From Gammaproteobacteria bacterium (lineage in GTDB: Bacteria > Pseudomonadota > Gammaproteobacteria > Magnimaribacterales > D2472): a DNA stretch of 64,000 nt. Below, piece by piece: positions 48,701 to 58,793 of this stretch; positions within the stretch are counted from its first letter, which is position 1; the number at the start of each line of letters is the position of its first letter. The position numbers were made by a program, and so were the translations under genes. The stretch spans positions 233,450-297,449 of the forward strand of contig JBJLIP010000004.1 of assembly GCA_045563715.1 (NCBI GenBank), written 5' to 3'. The notes below the pieces were generated by a model that had not been told where the DNA came from, did no database searches, and saw only the letters and a program-made list of their open reading frames with translations.

Positions 48701-48937
48701 AATTCTAGAACCAGTAACAGTTACTTTCTCTAAAGTAACAACTCCATCTTCTGATTCAGATGGCGCTTCGCTGTCTGAAGAATCACTTTCAGCAGGCGCT
48801 GGAGCCGATTCAACAGTCTCTTCAACTACTGTTTCTGTTTCTTCATCAACAACAACATCTCCTGGATTGTCAGCAATCGCAGAAAAAGAGACCGTTAATA
48901 AAGATAGTAAAAATAAGTTTTTAGTATCTATAATCAT
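45782..48937 (-). CDS. large TonB-dependent receptor (1051 aa) with an acidic Ser/Glu-rich N-terminal linker
   Basis: Signal peptide, low-complexity DEETETVVEETVESAPAPAESDSSDSEAPSESEDG, plug (LEKVTVTGSRIKRS.., SGSSAIYGSDAVTGVVNII), and a C-terminal ..ASYRF. Confidence 0.9.
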   Translation of the reverse strand: MIIDTKNLFLLSLLTVSFSAIADNPGDVVVDEETETVVEETVESAPAPAESDSSDSEAPSESEDGVVTLEKVTVTGSRIKRSAVEGATPLIVITKQDMKDNGYRNLTEALQSLPIANAATQNESLVNTFTPNANELDLRRFGPGRVLVLVNGRRMADYPFPYNNSSNFVNTGTIPAGLIDRIEIATSGSSAIYGSDAVTGVVNIITTTGKEYNEVDAFVGQTEHGEDNIIDLTFTSGGFSGNHSWTVGANMYHIDPMYYNDRSDFNSWDDNPIWSDPSDPQYRSDAVFANYLMSLQSISGYDSTPRGYGEYGYDAFAANGYSCEDIYPVGFKWNKGDYGYTSPPYSYPGSYCVQDYSDDMETMVNERDEYTLMGTYNYNFDNGVTLSARAFYYESESFINSFSRWFRMSDVWTSTPHTTRQDSGFATSVVPDGAIGTNDFGRYRYTRTLGGMMGPNSRRESNYSEDVTDLFIGLNGVYDNGFDWQAGISTTEYNSVYESSPLTTAVYDWITGADRGDTTDISGFYKWRGDLYYNAAYAFGSGTYLSYANFYYGFMDTPAAQNHPCGVGTIVDPLFGTTYDACLAWDRAFSPIPDSAVGAFNAPEVTGAQTSSTMIDYQVSGELDYQLPGGPIAFAAVFEYHEQDYLLKPDQRRIDSDNEVPGAEIFINGSARQGGGDRDRTSFGLEVLLPVHPKLEVTAALRSDEYDDESSAVGRRQSAMINFAYRPNDDFLLRGGAGESFRAPDMHYVYAGSSSYFTSVTDYYQCFATNVPSFQACDNSSTIKGRFQGNTLLEEESGENYYLGFVWDVSEGLSFTMDAFHVKLEGAVTNLDVQAIANREGFCTFGQDFATWLNDANFAGVDCTQTLASIKRTTPGDLDTDGIGNYDEITTYNTNQSFEEFQGVDTTLRYNFSTESAGDFGFVLYNSNIISRKRKEDANSDTLELLDYYLYEPRSQQTATTTWRYDDWRVSLFMDRTGHTEQYYGQKGDPFITANLSVGYNYSADLSLRATVANIEDKMPEKDSAYGFPYFNRSYYSIFGRAVYLSASYRF

Positions 48938-49115
48938 AAAAATATCCCCTTAATATGATAAATTAATCCTCTAAAATACTATATTTTAAGAAAAAAACAT
49001 AGTTTTTTTAGTAGTTTATTTTATATAAAAATTATTAAAATTAATTTCTCAATAGATTAAGATATGTAATAATATAAAAGATTCGATTTTTTCAACAACT
49101 AAAAAAAGGTAATTT

Positions 49116-51164
49116 ATGTTTAAAACAGTAACTAATAGTTATATTTCTTTATTTGTAATACTTTTTTCAACAAATGCTTTGTCTGAAGATTTTATTCCTG
49201 CTGAATACTTTGCTTGTTACTCAAATAGTAATTCAATGGAAATGTCTCCAGATGGCAAATACATAGCAATTGTAAGTCAACCAAGAGCTCCAAAGTGTGA
49301 TATTGAACCTGACCTACAAAAATACGTAGAAGATGATTACAGAGGAGGAAGGCTAACTTTATATAATACAGCGAATGGTTCAGCAACAACTCTTACATCT
49401 GGTGTTGGAAATAGTAGTGTTTCTGGGGTAAGTTGGGTTTCAAACGATAGAATTATATTTAATACCTCCCCAACCAATTCATCAGCAAAGTCAATTGATG
49501 CATATGCTTTATGGGGTATGAATATTGATGGGTCAAAAAAGAAAAAACTTTTTACACTGAAGCAAATACAAGGTACTTTTGCCTCACCAAGACTTACTAG
49601 TTTATTACCTGATGAACCAAATTATGTAATGGTTGCAATAAATGATAGACGTGGTTCAGTGGAAGACTACTACAGATTAAATATTTTTACAGGCTCAAAA
49701 AAGAGAGTTGCGATGGGACCTGATATTGATAATGAAGAAGCTTTATTTGACATAATTGAAAAAAATGATGGTACACCTTTAGCTGCTATTGGTAATTTAG
49801 CAGATGAATGGAGAATTTGGAGATACTATGACGCTGAAGATTCATGGAATGTTCACTTTACTAGCAAATGCCAAACCCCAACCTTCTTTCCGCTAAGTGG
49901 CTACGAAGATAAGTGGCTTGTCTCAGGTCAAGACATAACAAAATCTAAGACTTTCAATAAAGATAATGATAAAAGTAAATTATTCCTTTATGACCCTGAT
50001 GAAAGATCATTTGAACTCTTGTATGAAGATGATACATACGATGTTGGCGGGCCAACTGGGGGCTGTAGAACAGCTATTGGTGGTGCTTCCATTGACGAGA
50101 AAACAAATGAACTAATTTATGTTGCTTATTATGGAGAAAAGCCTGTTCGTATATTTTTTGATGACGATGTTCAAGCTACAAATGATATGCTAGAAGGCGC
50201 ATTTCCAGATCAGATAGTAAGACCTATTACTTGGAATAAAGATAGAACAAAAGTAGTTGTATCAGTTTCTAGCTCAAATAATCCTGGAGAATACTATTAC
50301 TTTGATAAAGAAAATATGATTTTAACATTCTTATGGGATAGGTCTCCTTGGTTAGATAGATCAAAACTATCAAAGATGACTTCAATAAAATATACAGCGA
50401 GAGATGGGCTTGAAATACATGGCTATCTTACTACGCCGGTTAATTCAGATGGTGAAAATCTACCAATGATTGTTCATCCTCATGGTGGCCCAAATGTTCG
50501 AGACACATATGGATACGATCCTTATGTTCAATTCCTTGCAAGCAGAGGATATGCTGTTTTTCAGCCTAATTTCAGAGGATCAACTGGTTACGGAGCAAAT
50601 CACTACATTTCTGCAAATAAACAGTTTGGAAAAACTATGCAAGATGATATCACTGATGGGGTCTATTACTTAATAGAGCAAGGCTTAGCTGATAAAGACA
50701 GAATCGCAATATTTGGAGCAAGTTATGGCGGATATGCAACCATGGCTGGTTTAACATTTACACCAGACTTGTATGCAGCAGGTATTAATTATGTTGGAGT
50801 TGTAGATTTAGAGTTATTACAAGAAGACTCAAATAGAAATTCTCGAAGGTTTGGATATTATTACGACGAATTAAGGCTTGAATGGGGAGATCCAGATGAT
50901 CCGGATGATATGTCATACATTATAGAGACCTCTCCCCTCAGACAAGCTCATAAAATAAAATCTCCTGTATTAATTGTTCATGGAGCTCAAGATCCAAATG
51001 TACGATTAGTTCATGCTAGAAAATTAGCTAATAAACTTGATAGTTTAGGTAAAGAGTATGAATGGTATGTTGAACCATACGAGGGTCACGGATTTAGAGG
51101 TGAACAATCAACCCTGAATCTATTTGGTAAGGTTGAGGTGTTTCTAGATAAGCATTTAAATTAA
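49116..51164 (+). CDS. S9-family serine peptidase (prolyl oligopeptidase/DPP-type), secreted
   Basis: Signal peptide, beta-propeller-sized N-terminal region, catalytic GASYGGY, and a downstream D and H (EGHGF). Confidence 0.85.
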   Translation: MFKTVTNSYISLFVILFSTNALSEDFIPAEYFACYSNSNSMEMSPDGKYIAIVSQPRAPKCDIEPDLQKYVEDDYRGGRLTLYNTANGSATTLTSGVGNSSVSGVSWVSNDRIIFNTSPTNSSAKSIDAYALWGMNIDGSKKKKLFTLKQIQGTFASPRLTSLLPDEPNYVMVAINDRRGSVEDYYRLNIFTGSKKRVAMGPDIDNEEALFDIIEKNDGTPLAAIGNLADEWRIWRYYDAEDSWNVHFTSKCQTPTFFPLSGYEDKWLVSGQDITKSKTFNKDNDKSKLFLYDPDERSFELLYEDDTYDVGGPTGGCRTAIGGASIDEKTNELIYVAYYGEKPVRIFFDDDVQATNDMLEGAFPDQIVRPITWNKDRTKVVVSVSSSNNPGEYYYFDKENMILTFLWDRSPWLDRSKLSKMTSIKYTARDGLEIHGYLTTPVNSDGENLPMIVHPHGGPNVRDTYGYDPYVQFLASRGYAVFQPNFRGSTGYGANHYISANKQFGKTMQDDITDGVYYLIEQGLADKDRIAIFGASYGGYATMAGLTFTPDLYAAGINYVGVVDLELLQEDSNRNSRRFGYYYDELRLEWGDPDDPDDMSYIIETSPLRQAHKIKSPVLIVHGAQDPNVRLVHARKLANKLDSLGKEYEWYVEPYEGHGFRGEQSTLNLFGKVEVFLDKHLN

Positions 51165-52351
51165 AAAGCTTCGTAAGAAGTTTGACTTTTACCAAGAATG
51201 AGGCCGTGAATATCATAGGTGCCTTCATAGGTATTCACCGCTTCTAAATTCATACAGTGTCTTATAACGTGATACTCATCACTTATACCATTACCACCAT
51301 GAATGTCTCTTGAAGATCTAGCAATATCCAATGCCTTTTGACAGTTATTTCTTTTAAGCAAAGAAATCATCTCAGGTTTCATTTTATTTTCATCAATAAG
51401 TCTTCCTAAACGTAAAACTGATTGAAGGCCTAATGTTATTTCAGTTTGCATGTCTGCTAATTTTTTTTGAATAAGCTGTTTGGATGCGAGCGGTTTCCCA
51501 AATTGTTCGCGTTCTAGAGAATATTCAAGCGCTGCATTCCAGCAAAATTCAGCAGCCCCCATTGCACCCCATGCAATTCCATAACGAGCCATATTAAGGC
51601 ATGAGAATGGACCTCTGAAGCTTTGGACTTTAGGGAGAATTTTATCTTTATCCACAAAGACATCCTCTAAAAATATCTGTCCTGTTATTGAAGCTCTGAG
51701 CGCAAATTTTCCATCTATGACCGGTGTACTCAAACCTTTTGCATCGTGATCTACAATAAATCCTCTCAAAACACCCTGCTCATCTTTTGCCCAAATGACT
51801 AATACGTCTGCAATTGGAGAATTTGTAATCCATGTCTTTGAACCATTAAGAATATAACCGCCATCTTTTTCTTTTGCATTGGTTTTCATTGAAGCAGGAT
51901 CTGAGCCTGCATCAGATTCAGTTAGCCCGAAACAACCAATAAGCTCGCCTTTCGCCATCTGAGGCAGATAAAAATCTTTTTGTTCATCTGAACCAAAATG
52001 ATAAATCGCATGCATTGCTAATGAAGTTTGCACACTGTATGCCGATCTATAACTAGAATCTACTCTTTCAATTTCTCTAGCGATAATTCCATAAGATACG
52101 TAATTTGTTCCAGCACACCCATAGCCATTTATGGGGGCTCCAAGAAATCCCATTTCAGCCATTTCTTTATAAATACCTTTATCAAAAATTTCATTTCTGT
52201 TTGCATCGGTAATTCTAGGTAACAGTTCTTTTTGACAATAGTCTCTGGCAGATTTTTGAATAATTAATTCTTCATCTGTTAGTTGTTCATCAAATAATAA
52301 AATATCTTGAATTTTCATAGTTTTAAATTTTTTCGACTCTAATAATACCAA
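51161..52351 (-). CDS. gcdH: glutaryl-CoA dehydrogenase (acyl-CoA dehydrogenase family)
   Basis: [32 protein letters not shown], and a C-terminal EGTYDIH pattern. Confidence 0.8.
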   Translation of the reverse strand: MVLLESKKFKTMKIQDILLFDEQLTDEELIIQKSARDYCQKELLPRITDANRNEIFDKGIYKEMAEMGFLGAPINGYGCAGTNYVSYGIIAREIERVDSSYRSAYSVQTSLAMHAIYHFGSDEQKDFYLPQMAKGELIGCFGLTESDAGSDPASMKTNAKEKDGGYILNGSKTWITNSPIADVLVIWAKDEQGVLRGFIVDHDAKGLSTPVIDGKFALRASITGQIFLEDVFVDKDKILPKVQSFRGPFSCLNMARYGIAWGAMGAAEFCWNAALEYSLEREQFGKPLASKQLIQKKLADMQTEITLGLQSVLRLGRLIDENKMKPEMISLLKRNNCQKALDIARSSRDIHGGNGISDEYHVIRHCMNLEAVNTYEGTYDIHGLILGKSQTSYEAF

Positions 52352-52556
52352 ATCTTGGCATTGAGAACATTATTGAATTATCATTTAATGCATCTTCAAC
52401 AAACTCAATCATTCTATTTGAATTTCCACAAATTATCATTAACGGAATATTTTTTTGATATTTGAATACAAAGTCTATTACCTCATCAGCAACATCAGCA
52501 TGTTTTAACCCATGAAGATCTAGATGAGTGATACCATTTTCTTCAGTCACTTTCAT
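52323..52556 (-). CDS. small Smr-domain-like protein
   Basis: 77 aa; [12 protein letters not shown] matches the Smr LDLHG motif. Confidence 0.45.
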   Translation of the reverse strand: MKVTEENGITHLDLHGLKHADVADEVIDFVFKYQKNIPLMIICGNSNRMIEFVEDALNDNSIMFSMPRFGIIRVEKI

Positions 52557-52592
52557 GAATACAGTTTACCTTTATAGTTATATAATCATTAT

Positions 52593-53174
52593 ATGGCAAA
52601 ACTTCACTTTTTTTATTCCACAATGAATGCTGGCAAATCAACTGCCTTATTGCAGTCAAACCATAATTATCTAGAAAGTAATTTAAAAACTATGTTATTT
52701 ATTCCTGAGGAAATAGGTGTCAAATCAGAAGGTATGATAGTCTCAAGAATTGGCTTAAAGGCGAATGCCGTTATTGTTAATAAGGAGTATAGTTTTCATC
52801 AAGAAATTGAAAAAATAAATTTTAATGAGATAAGTTGTATTTTTGTTGATGAAGCACAATTTTTATCAAGACTGCAGGTCCACAGCCTGGGAAAGGTAGC
52901 AGATGAATTAAATATTCCAGTAATGTGTTATGGGATTAGAACTGATTTTCAAGGAATGCTATTTGAGGGAAGTCAAGAATTGTTAGCTATTGCTGATAAT
53001 CTTAAAGAACTAAAAACTATCTGTAGTGAGTGTGACAAGAAGGCAACAATGGTTGTAAGAATAAATGAAAATGGAGAAGTAATTTTAGAAGGTGAAAAAA
53101 TACTAATTGGTGGAAATGAGGTATATAAAACACTTTGCAGAAAACACTTTAGGGAATTAACAAAATTAATTTAA
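52593..53174 (+). CDS. tdk: thymidine kinase
   Basis: P-loop STMNAGKST, VDEAQF, and zinc ribbon CSECDKKA...CRKH. Confidence 0.9.
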   Translation: MAKLHFFYSTMNAGKSTALLQSNHNYLESNLKTMLFIPEEIGVKSEGMIVSRIGLKANAVIVNKEYSFHQEIEKINFNEISCIFVDEAQFLSRLQVHSLGKVADELNIPVMCYGIRTDFQGMLFEGSQELLAIADNLKELKTICSECDKKATMVVRINENGEVILEGEKILIGGNEVYKTLCRKHFRELTKLI

Positions 53175-53192
53175 TTGAATGGAGAAAAAGAA

Positions 53193-54206
53193 ATGGAATA
53201 TTTAAATAAACAATTATTGCTTGATAAAAGACCTATTGGAATGCCAGAAGATGACTGCTGGAAACTTCATGAAGAAAAAATTACATCTCTTGGAAAAAAT
53301 GAAATCTTAATTGAAGTTAAGTTTTTATCTATTGATCCATATATGAGAGGTCGAATGAATGATTCAAAATCCTATGCTGCACCCGCAAAAATTGGAGAGC
53401 CAATGACTGGGGAAACTGCAGGAGTAGTAGTTGAGAGTAATTCAGACTTATTTGATGTGGGTGATAAAGTTTGTGCTCATAAAGGGTGGCAAACTTACAT
53501 TAAAGCAAAAGATACAGATGTAGCGTTATTAAAAGTTCCTGAATCTGATATTGGATTATCATCATTTTTAGGAACACTTGGAATGCCTGGTCGTACAGCT
53601 TATTTTGGTCTCAATAGAGTAGGCAAACCTCAATCAGGAGAAACTTTAGTTGTTTCTGCGGCGTCAGGCGCAGTTGGGGCTGTTGTTGGGCAATTAGGTA
53701 AAATCTATGGTTGTAGAGTAATAGGTATTGCTGGTGGCCCAGAAAAATGTGGATTTGTAAAAGATGAACTTGGACTAGATGAATGCGTTGATTATAAAGC
53801 TGGAAACTTAGATAAGGATCTTAATGATGCATGTCCCAACGGTATTGATATTTACTTTGAAAACGTTGGCGGCGCAGTTACACGAGCAGTTGCACCTTTG
53901 TTGAATAGTGGATCAAGAGTTCCAATTTGTGGTTTTATTTCTCAATATAATGAGGCGGATATGTTAAAAGTTGAGACACCTTTTCAAGTATTAGGAGCCC
54001 TTGATGATAAACCTGAGCACAGATTCTTTGTCGTAACTGAATGGGCCAATGAATGGCAAAAGGTAACTCAAGAAATATTAAAATTAGTTTCAGAGAATAA
54101 AATAAAATACAGAGAAACTATTAATAAAGGTTTTGAAAATGCACCTCAAGCGTTACGAGATGTTCTAACGGGTAAAAATTTTGGTAAGCAAATTATTGAA
54201 ATCTAA
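53193..54206 (+). CDS. NADP-dependent oxidoreductase, MDR family (YncB/CurA/alkenal reductase-like)
   Basis: AASGAVGAVVGQLGK cofactor motif. I prefer the ATG at 53193, preceded by GGAG, over the TTG at 53175 used by the ORF track. Confidence 0.8.
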   Translation: MEYLNKQLLLDKRPIGMPEDDCWKLHEEKITSLGKNEILIEVKFLSIDPYMRGRMNDSKSYAAPAKIGEPMTGETAGVVVESNSDLFDVGDKVCAHKGWQTYIKAKDTDVALLKVPESDIGLSSFLGTLGMPGRTAYFGLNRVGKPQSGETLVVSAASGAVGAVVGQLGKIYGCRVIGIAGGPEKCGFVKDELGLDECVDYKAGNLDKDLNDACPNGIDIYFENVGGAVTRAVAPLLNSGSRVPICGFISQYNEADMLKVETPFQVLGALDDKPEHRFFVVTEWANEWQKVTQEILKLVSENKIKYRETINKGFENAPQALRDVLTGKNFGKQIIEI

Positions 54207-54979
54207 CTTATTTCAATAGTACCTTTCATATACAGAACGGCATTGCCTCCTATAAGCACCCTGTCGTTTTTATTTTGGCAAAAAAGCTCTCCTCCTCTTT
54301 TAGAAATTTGTTTTGCAGTTAGAGAATCTTTACTAAGCTTTTCTGACCAATATGGAATCAATGTTGTATGTGCAGATCCCGTAACAGGATCTTCATTAAT
54401 ACCAAATTTTGGACAAAAATATCTAGATACAAAGTCATATTGATTGCTTGATGAAGATATTATTAAACCTTGGCCATCAAGCTTTGAGACAGCATCAAAA
54501 TCAGGTTGGATGTTTGAAATAACTTCTTCATTTTCGTAGACAGCAAATAAATTAATATCTCCGATATATGTTTCTATAGGTTTTACACCAGTAGCGATTT
54601 CAACTTTTTTAACCATATCAACTCGCTCAAATTTATCTTTAGGGAAATCGAGTTGTAAATATTTATTTTTTTTATAGACCTTTAACTCGCCACTAGCAGA
54701 ATTAAGGACAATACTTTCTTTGCTATTATCTAAATAATTGAAATATATAAATGCTGAGGCTAGTGTTGCGTGACCGCATAGGTTTACCTCACAGGTCGGA
54801 GAAAACCATCTAATGCCATTATTAGATAAATTAATAAATGCAGTTTCTGATAAATTATTTTCAGCAGCTATATTTTGCATCAGAACTTCATCGCTTACAT
54901 CAGAAAATATAACTGCAGCCGGATTCCCTGAGAAGCTTTCACTTGTAAAAGCGTCTACAAAATAAACATCAAATTTCAT
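54203..54979 (-). CDS. PhzF-family isomerase-like protein
   Basis: VDAFT...F.GNPAAV, SETAF, CGHATLA and EDPVTGSAH motifs. Confidence 0.8.
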   Translation of the reverse strand: MKFDVYFVDAFTSESFSGNPAAVIFSDVSDEVLMQNIAAENNLSETAFINLSNNGIRWFSPTCEVNLCGHATLASAFIYFNYLDNSKESIVLNSASGELKVYKKNKYLQLDFPKDKFERVDMVKKVEIATGVKPIETYIGDINLFAVYENEEVISNIQPDFDAVSKLDGQGLIISSSSNQYDFVSRYFCPKFGINEDPVTGSAHTTLIPYWSEKLSKDSLTAKQISKRGGELFCQNKNDRVLIGGNAVLYMKGTIEIS

Positions 54980-55031
54980 TAGTATTAAAAATTTACTTAT
55001 CTAAACGAATCATAACCCATATAATATTCTC

Positions 55032-56405
55032 ATGAAAAAATTTCTACTTGCATTTTGTATTGCTTCCTCAAGTTTATTTGTTTTTACAGAGGAAACTGTT
55101 TCAGATATTTTTAAACCTAATTATAAAAATCAATTATTTATGGATATTGAAGCTTCTCTTGCTGAAGCGCAATCTGATCTTGGAATAATTCCCGAATGGG
55201 CTGCTGAAGAAATTTCATCAAAAGCTAATATTAGATATCTATCTCAAAAAGATATCGATGCAGAAAATAAACTCGTTAGGCACTCTTTGGTTGCAAGACT
55301 AAATGTTTGGAAACGTTCTATAGATAATGACGCTTCAGAATATCTGCACTACGGAGCAACTACTGTAGATATTTGGGACACGGTTCTAGTTCTGCAAATA
55401 AAGGACTCTATTGATCTTCTAATTAATGATTTACTAGAGATTGAAGATTATTTATTAATTCTTACTAAAGATAACTTATATACCTTCATGCCAGGCAGAA
55501 CCTTAGGTCAACACGCCCTTCCAATCACTTTTGGAAAGAAAACCAGTACGTGGCTAGCTGAAAATAGAAGAAATATTGAACGCTTAAAACATGTTCAATC
55601 AAAGATCAATAAATCAGGTATTTTAAAAGGTGCCGTTGGTTCTTATCTAGGTTTGGGTGATCAGGCAATAGAAACAGAGTCATTAATGATGCAGAAACTT
55701 GGCTTAGATGAGCCATCTAAGGATGATTGGCACGGAATAAGAGACGTCTTTGCAGAGTATGCGCTAACGCTTGCCATCATATCTAAATCATTTGGAAGAA
55801 TTGGAAATGAACTCACGTTACTTCAAATGACTGAAATTGGAGAGACCGAGGAATACCTAGGATCTAAATCCATCGGTAGTAGTACCATGCCTCAAAAGAA
55901 GAATCCCAGAGGGCCTGGAAGCTTAATAGAATATTCAAGAGTAATACCAAGACTGTCTGAAATCGTCCTTGATGACATGATTAATAGTTTTGAAAGAGAT
56001 GGCCAAAAAAGCGATGACGAGCTTAAATTAATTTCAATTGAATCAGAGAAGATGATTAATAGAGCTAAGCCGCTATTAAGAGAGCTAAAAGTTAATAAGA
56101 AAAAAATGAGAGAGAATCTAGATATAACAAATGGCTTGATACTTTCACAAAGACTAACCTTCTATCTGGCAGATAAGATAGGCAAAGATACTGCTAATGA
56201 TTTGATGCATGACGTAGCTAAATATGCACTTGAGAAAAATATTTCATTAGAAGAAGCTGCTATGAATGATGAAACTATTAAAAAAAATATTACCGAAGAT
56301 GTCTTATTGAATCTTCTTAATCCTGAAACCTATACCGGTTTGGCTGTAGATCAAGCTAAATTAATTATTGATGATATAGAGTCTAAAAGGAAATTATCAA
56401 AATAG
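55032..56405 (+). CDS. fumarate-lyase superfamily enzyme (adenylosuccinate lyase / 3-carboxymuconate cycloisomerase-like) with a hydrophobic N-terminal extension
   Basis: GSSTMPQKKNP signature loop and YGATTVDIWDT. The first 20 or so aa (MKKFLLAFCIASSSLFVF) look like a signal peptide. Confidence 0.75.
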   Translation: MKKFLLAFCIASSSLFVFTEETVSDIFKPNYKNQLFMDIEASLAEAQSDLGIIPEWAAEEISSKANIRYLSQKDIDAENKLVRHSLVARLNVWKRSIDNDASEYLHYGATTVDIWDTVLVLQIKDSIDLLINDLLEIEDYLLILTKDNLYTFMPGRTLGQHALPITFGKKTSTWLAENRRNIERLKHVQSKINKSGILKGAVGSYLGLGDQAIETESLMMQKLGLDEPSKDDWHGIRDVFAEYALTLAIISKSFGRIGNELTLLQMTEIGETEEYLGSKSIGSSTMPQKKNPRGPGSLIEYSRVIPRLSEIVLDDMINSFERDGQKSDDELKLISIESEKMINRAKPLLRELKVNKKKMRENLDITNGLILSQRLTFYLADKIGKDTANDLMHDVAKYALEKNISLEEAAMNDETIKKNITEDVLLNLLNPETYTGLAVDQAKLIIDDIESKRKLSK

Positions 56406-56408
56406 TTT

Positions 56409-57863
56409 ATGCATAAAGATGTAGTCATAGTTGGCGCTGGTATATCTGGAATTGCTGCTGGCTATAATTTAAAAAAAACATGTCCTAATAAATCGTTTTG
56501 TATTCTTGAGGGAAGAGATGATATTGGTGGAACATGGGATTTATTTAAATATCCTGGCATTAGATCTGATTCGGATATGCATACCTTGGGATATAGATTC
56601 AAACCATGGATACATGATAAATCTATTGCTGATGGTCCGTCGATTTTAGAATACATCAAAGAGACGATTGACGAAAATGATCTTAGAAAGGATATATTGG
56701 TAAATCATATAGTTAAATCTTCTAACTGGAATTCTCATAAAAATGTTTGGGAATTAGAAATTGATGAAAATGATAAATTAAAGCATATAACATGTAATTT
56801 CTTATTTTTATGTGGTGGATACTACAGCTATACAAAACCACATATGCCTTCATTCAAGAATCAGGAAAATTTTGCAGGACAAATAATACATCCACAATTT
56901 TGGAGTGATGATGTTGATTATGTTAATAAAAAAGTTGCTGTTATAGGAAGTGGTGCAACCGCAATTACAATCGTTCCAGCAATTTCAGAGAAGGCAAAAC
57001 ACGTAACTATGATTCAAAGATCTCCAACATACGTTGTTTCAGGACCAAGTGAAGATAAAATAAATAAATTCTTAAGGAGGTTTCTTCCAATAAAAGTTAC
57101 ATATTTTTTAATTAGATGGAAAAATATTTTATGGCAGAGTTTTACATTTTCCTTGGCAAGGAAATATCCTGAAAGGACTAAGAATAAGATTTTAGACCTA
57201 ATAAAAGATGAGTTAGGTGCAGATTATGATATAGATAAGCACTTTACTCCATCATATAAACCATGGGATCAAAGAATATGTTTAGTTCCTGATAGTGACC
57301 TATTTAAAGCAATTGCTGAAAAAAAAGCTTCAGTTATTACCGAAACGATAGATGAGTTTCAATCAGATGGAATTCTTTTAAAATCTGGAGAAAAAGTTAA
57401 AGCTGATCTAGTAATTACTGCGACTGGAATCAGGCTTAACTCATTAAATGATATTAATGTAACCCTTGATGGAATTAAATTAGATCCTCATGAAAGATTA
57501 ACTTATAAAGGAATGATGTTAAGTGGAGTACCTAATTTTGCAATGTCTTTTGGCTACGTAAATGCTTCATGGACATTAAGGGCAGATCTTACTTGCGAAT
57601 ATGTTTGTAGGCTTATTAAATTAATGGATAAAAAAGGAACTGCATGTTGCAAGCCTATTGATGATAAGAGTGCTTACGGGGATGATAAATTAATCGACTT
57701 TACATCTGGATATTTTCAAAGAGGTCTTCATTTAATGCCAAAACAAGGCAATAAAGCACCATGGAAGAATTACCAAAACTATTTAAAAGATATTTTTGCA
57801 GTTAGATTGTTTTCTATAAAAGATTCTAATTTAAAGTTCTATGGTAAAAAAAATAATTTCTAA
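56409..57863 (+). CDS. flavin-dependent (Baeyer-Villiger-type) monooxygenase
   Basis: GAGISG FAD motif, BVMO fingerprint FAGQIIHPQFW (FxGxxxHxxxW), and a second GSGATA dinucleotide motif. Confidence 0.8.
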   Translation: MHKDVVIVGAGISGIAAGYNLKKTCPNKSFCILEGRDDIGGTWDLFKYPGIRSDSDMHTLGYRFKPWIHDKSIADGPSILEYIKETIDENDLRKDILVNHIVKSSNWNSHKNVWELEIDENDKLKHITCNFLFLCGGYYSYTKPHMPSFKNQENFAGQIIHPQFWSDDVDYVNKKVAVIGSGATAITIVPAISEKAKHVTMIQRSPTYVVSGPSEDKINKFLRRFLPIKVTYFLIRWKNILWQSFTFSLARKYPERTKNKILDLIKDELGADYDIDKHFTPSYKPWDQRICLVPDSDLFKAIAEKKASVITETIDEFQSDGILLKSGEKVKADLVITATGIRLNSLNDINVTLDGIKLDPHERLTYKGMMLSGVPNFAMSFGYVNASWTLRADLTCEYVCRLIKLMDKKGTACCKPIDDKSAYGDDKLIDFTSGYFQRGLHLMPKQGNKAPWKNYQNYLKDIFAVRLFSIKDSNLKFYGKKNNF

Positions 57864-57874
57864 ATTATTTAAAT

Positions 57875-57950
<76 letters not shown>

Positions 57951-58088
57951 ATAAAATCGATATTGTACATTATTCTTTAGCTATAGAGTTTTTAGACCTA
58001 AGGAATTTCTTCGTTAGAACCTTGTTGCTTTTTAAGAGTCTTTAAATATACTTAATCAATAATTTTTTTAACCTACAGGAGAAATTAA

Positions 58089-58460
58089 ATGGATATAAAC
58101 AACCCAGATGGCACAGGAAATCTAACTATCACTAGAATGTCGATTGAATCGGATTCTGTTTTTTTTGATTTTGAAGGAAAGGTAGAGGGTTATGGTTCAG
58201 TATTTTGCTCTCATGTAATGTCATCGGTTGATAGTGACAAAACTCGAGGTGTTATGAGTGGCGAAGCAAGAACATTTTTAGATGATGGTACTTTCATTAC
58301 AAGTCCACACAGGGGCACATTCAAAAGAGATAAATCAAGTATTAAATTATTTTTTACAGACGCCGTTAATAATGGTGCTGTTAATTTTGTTATTTGGGAT
58401 ATCGATATTCTCTCTAAATCAGTAGCAGTTAAGTATTGGGAAATAGATAAAGCCGAATAG
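58089..58460 (+). CDS. hypothetical protein
   Basis: 123-aa ORF preceded by AGGAG; no recognisable family. Confidence 0.5.
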   Translation: MDINNPDGTGNLTITRMSIESDSVFFDFEGKVEGYGSVFCSHVMSSVDSDKTRGVMSGEARTFLDDGTFITSPHRGTFKRDKSSIKLFFTDAVNNGAVNFVIWDIDILSKSVAVKYWEIDKAE

Positions 58461-58489
58461 AATATCTAATACCTCTCAATTCTACATAG

Positions 58490-58792
58490 TTGTTTTTTAT
58501 AAAAATGCTTCCTAGGTATTTATATCTAATTAGCTCAGCATTTGCTTTAATTTATTTAGCAAGGCTTGATCATTACGGAGTATATGTAGCAATATCATTG
58601 ATCTGGATTGTCTCAGCCTTTTATAAACCTCTAACATTGCCAGCAATTTGGAGTGTAGTAATTTTTATGCTCATATTTGCATTAATTCGTATTTCTAATA
58701 TTGGTATTAATGGCTTTTCTAACTCATATTATTTTTTTATTTTGTTAGGAGAAATTTTAATAATTCTTATAGGAATACGTCTAACAAGATAA
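58490..58792 (+). CDS. hypothetical small membrane protein
   Basis: 3 hydrophobic segments. The start is ambiguous (TTG at 58490 or ATG at 58505). Confidence 0.4.
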   Translation: MFFIKMLPRYLYLISSAFALIYLARLDHYGVYVAISLIWIVSAFYKPLTLPAIWSVVIFMLIFALIRISNIGINGFSNSYYFFILLGEILIILIGIRLTR

Positions 58793-58793
58793 C

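Noticed and set aside
48951-48969. Possible Fur box (TAATATGATAAATTAATCC) in the TBDR/S9-peptidase divergent promoter
   Set aside because: Only about 10 of 19 positions match GATAATGATAATCATTATC, which is expected by chance in AT-rich intergenic DNA.
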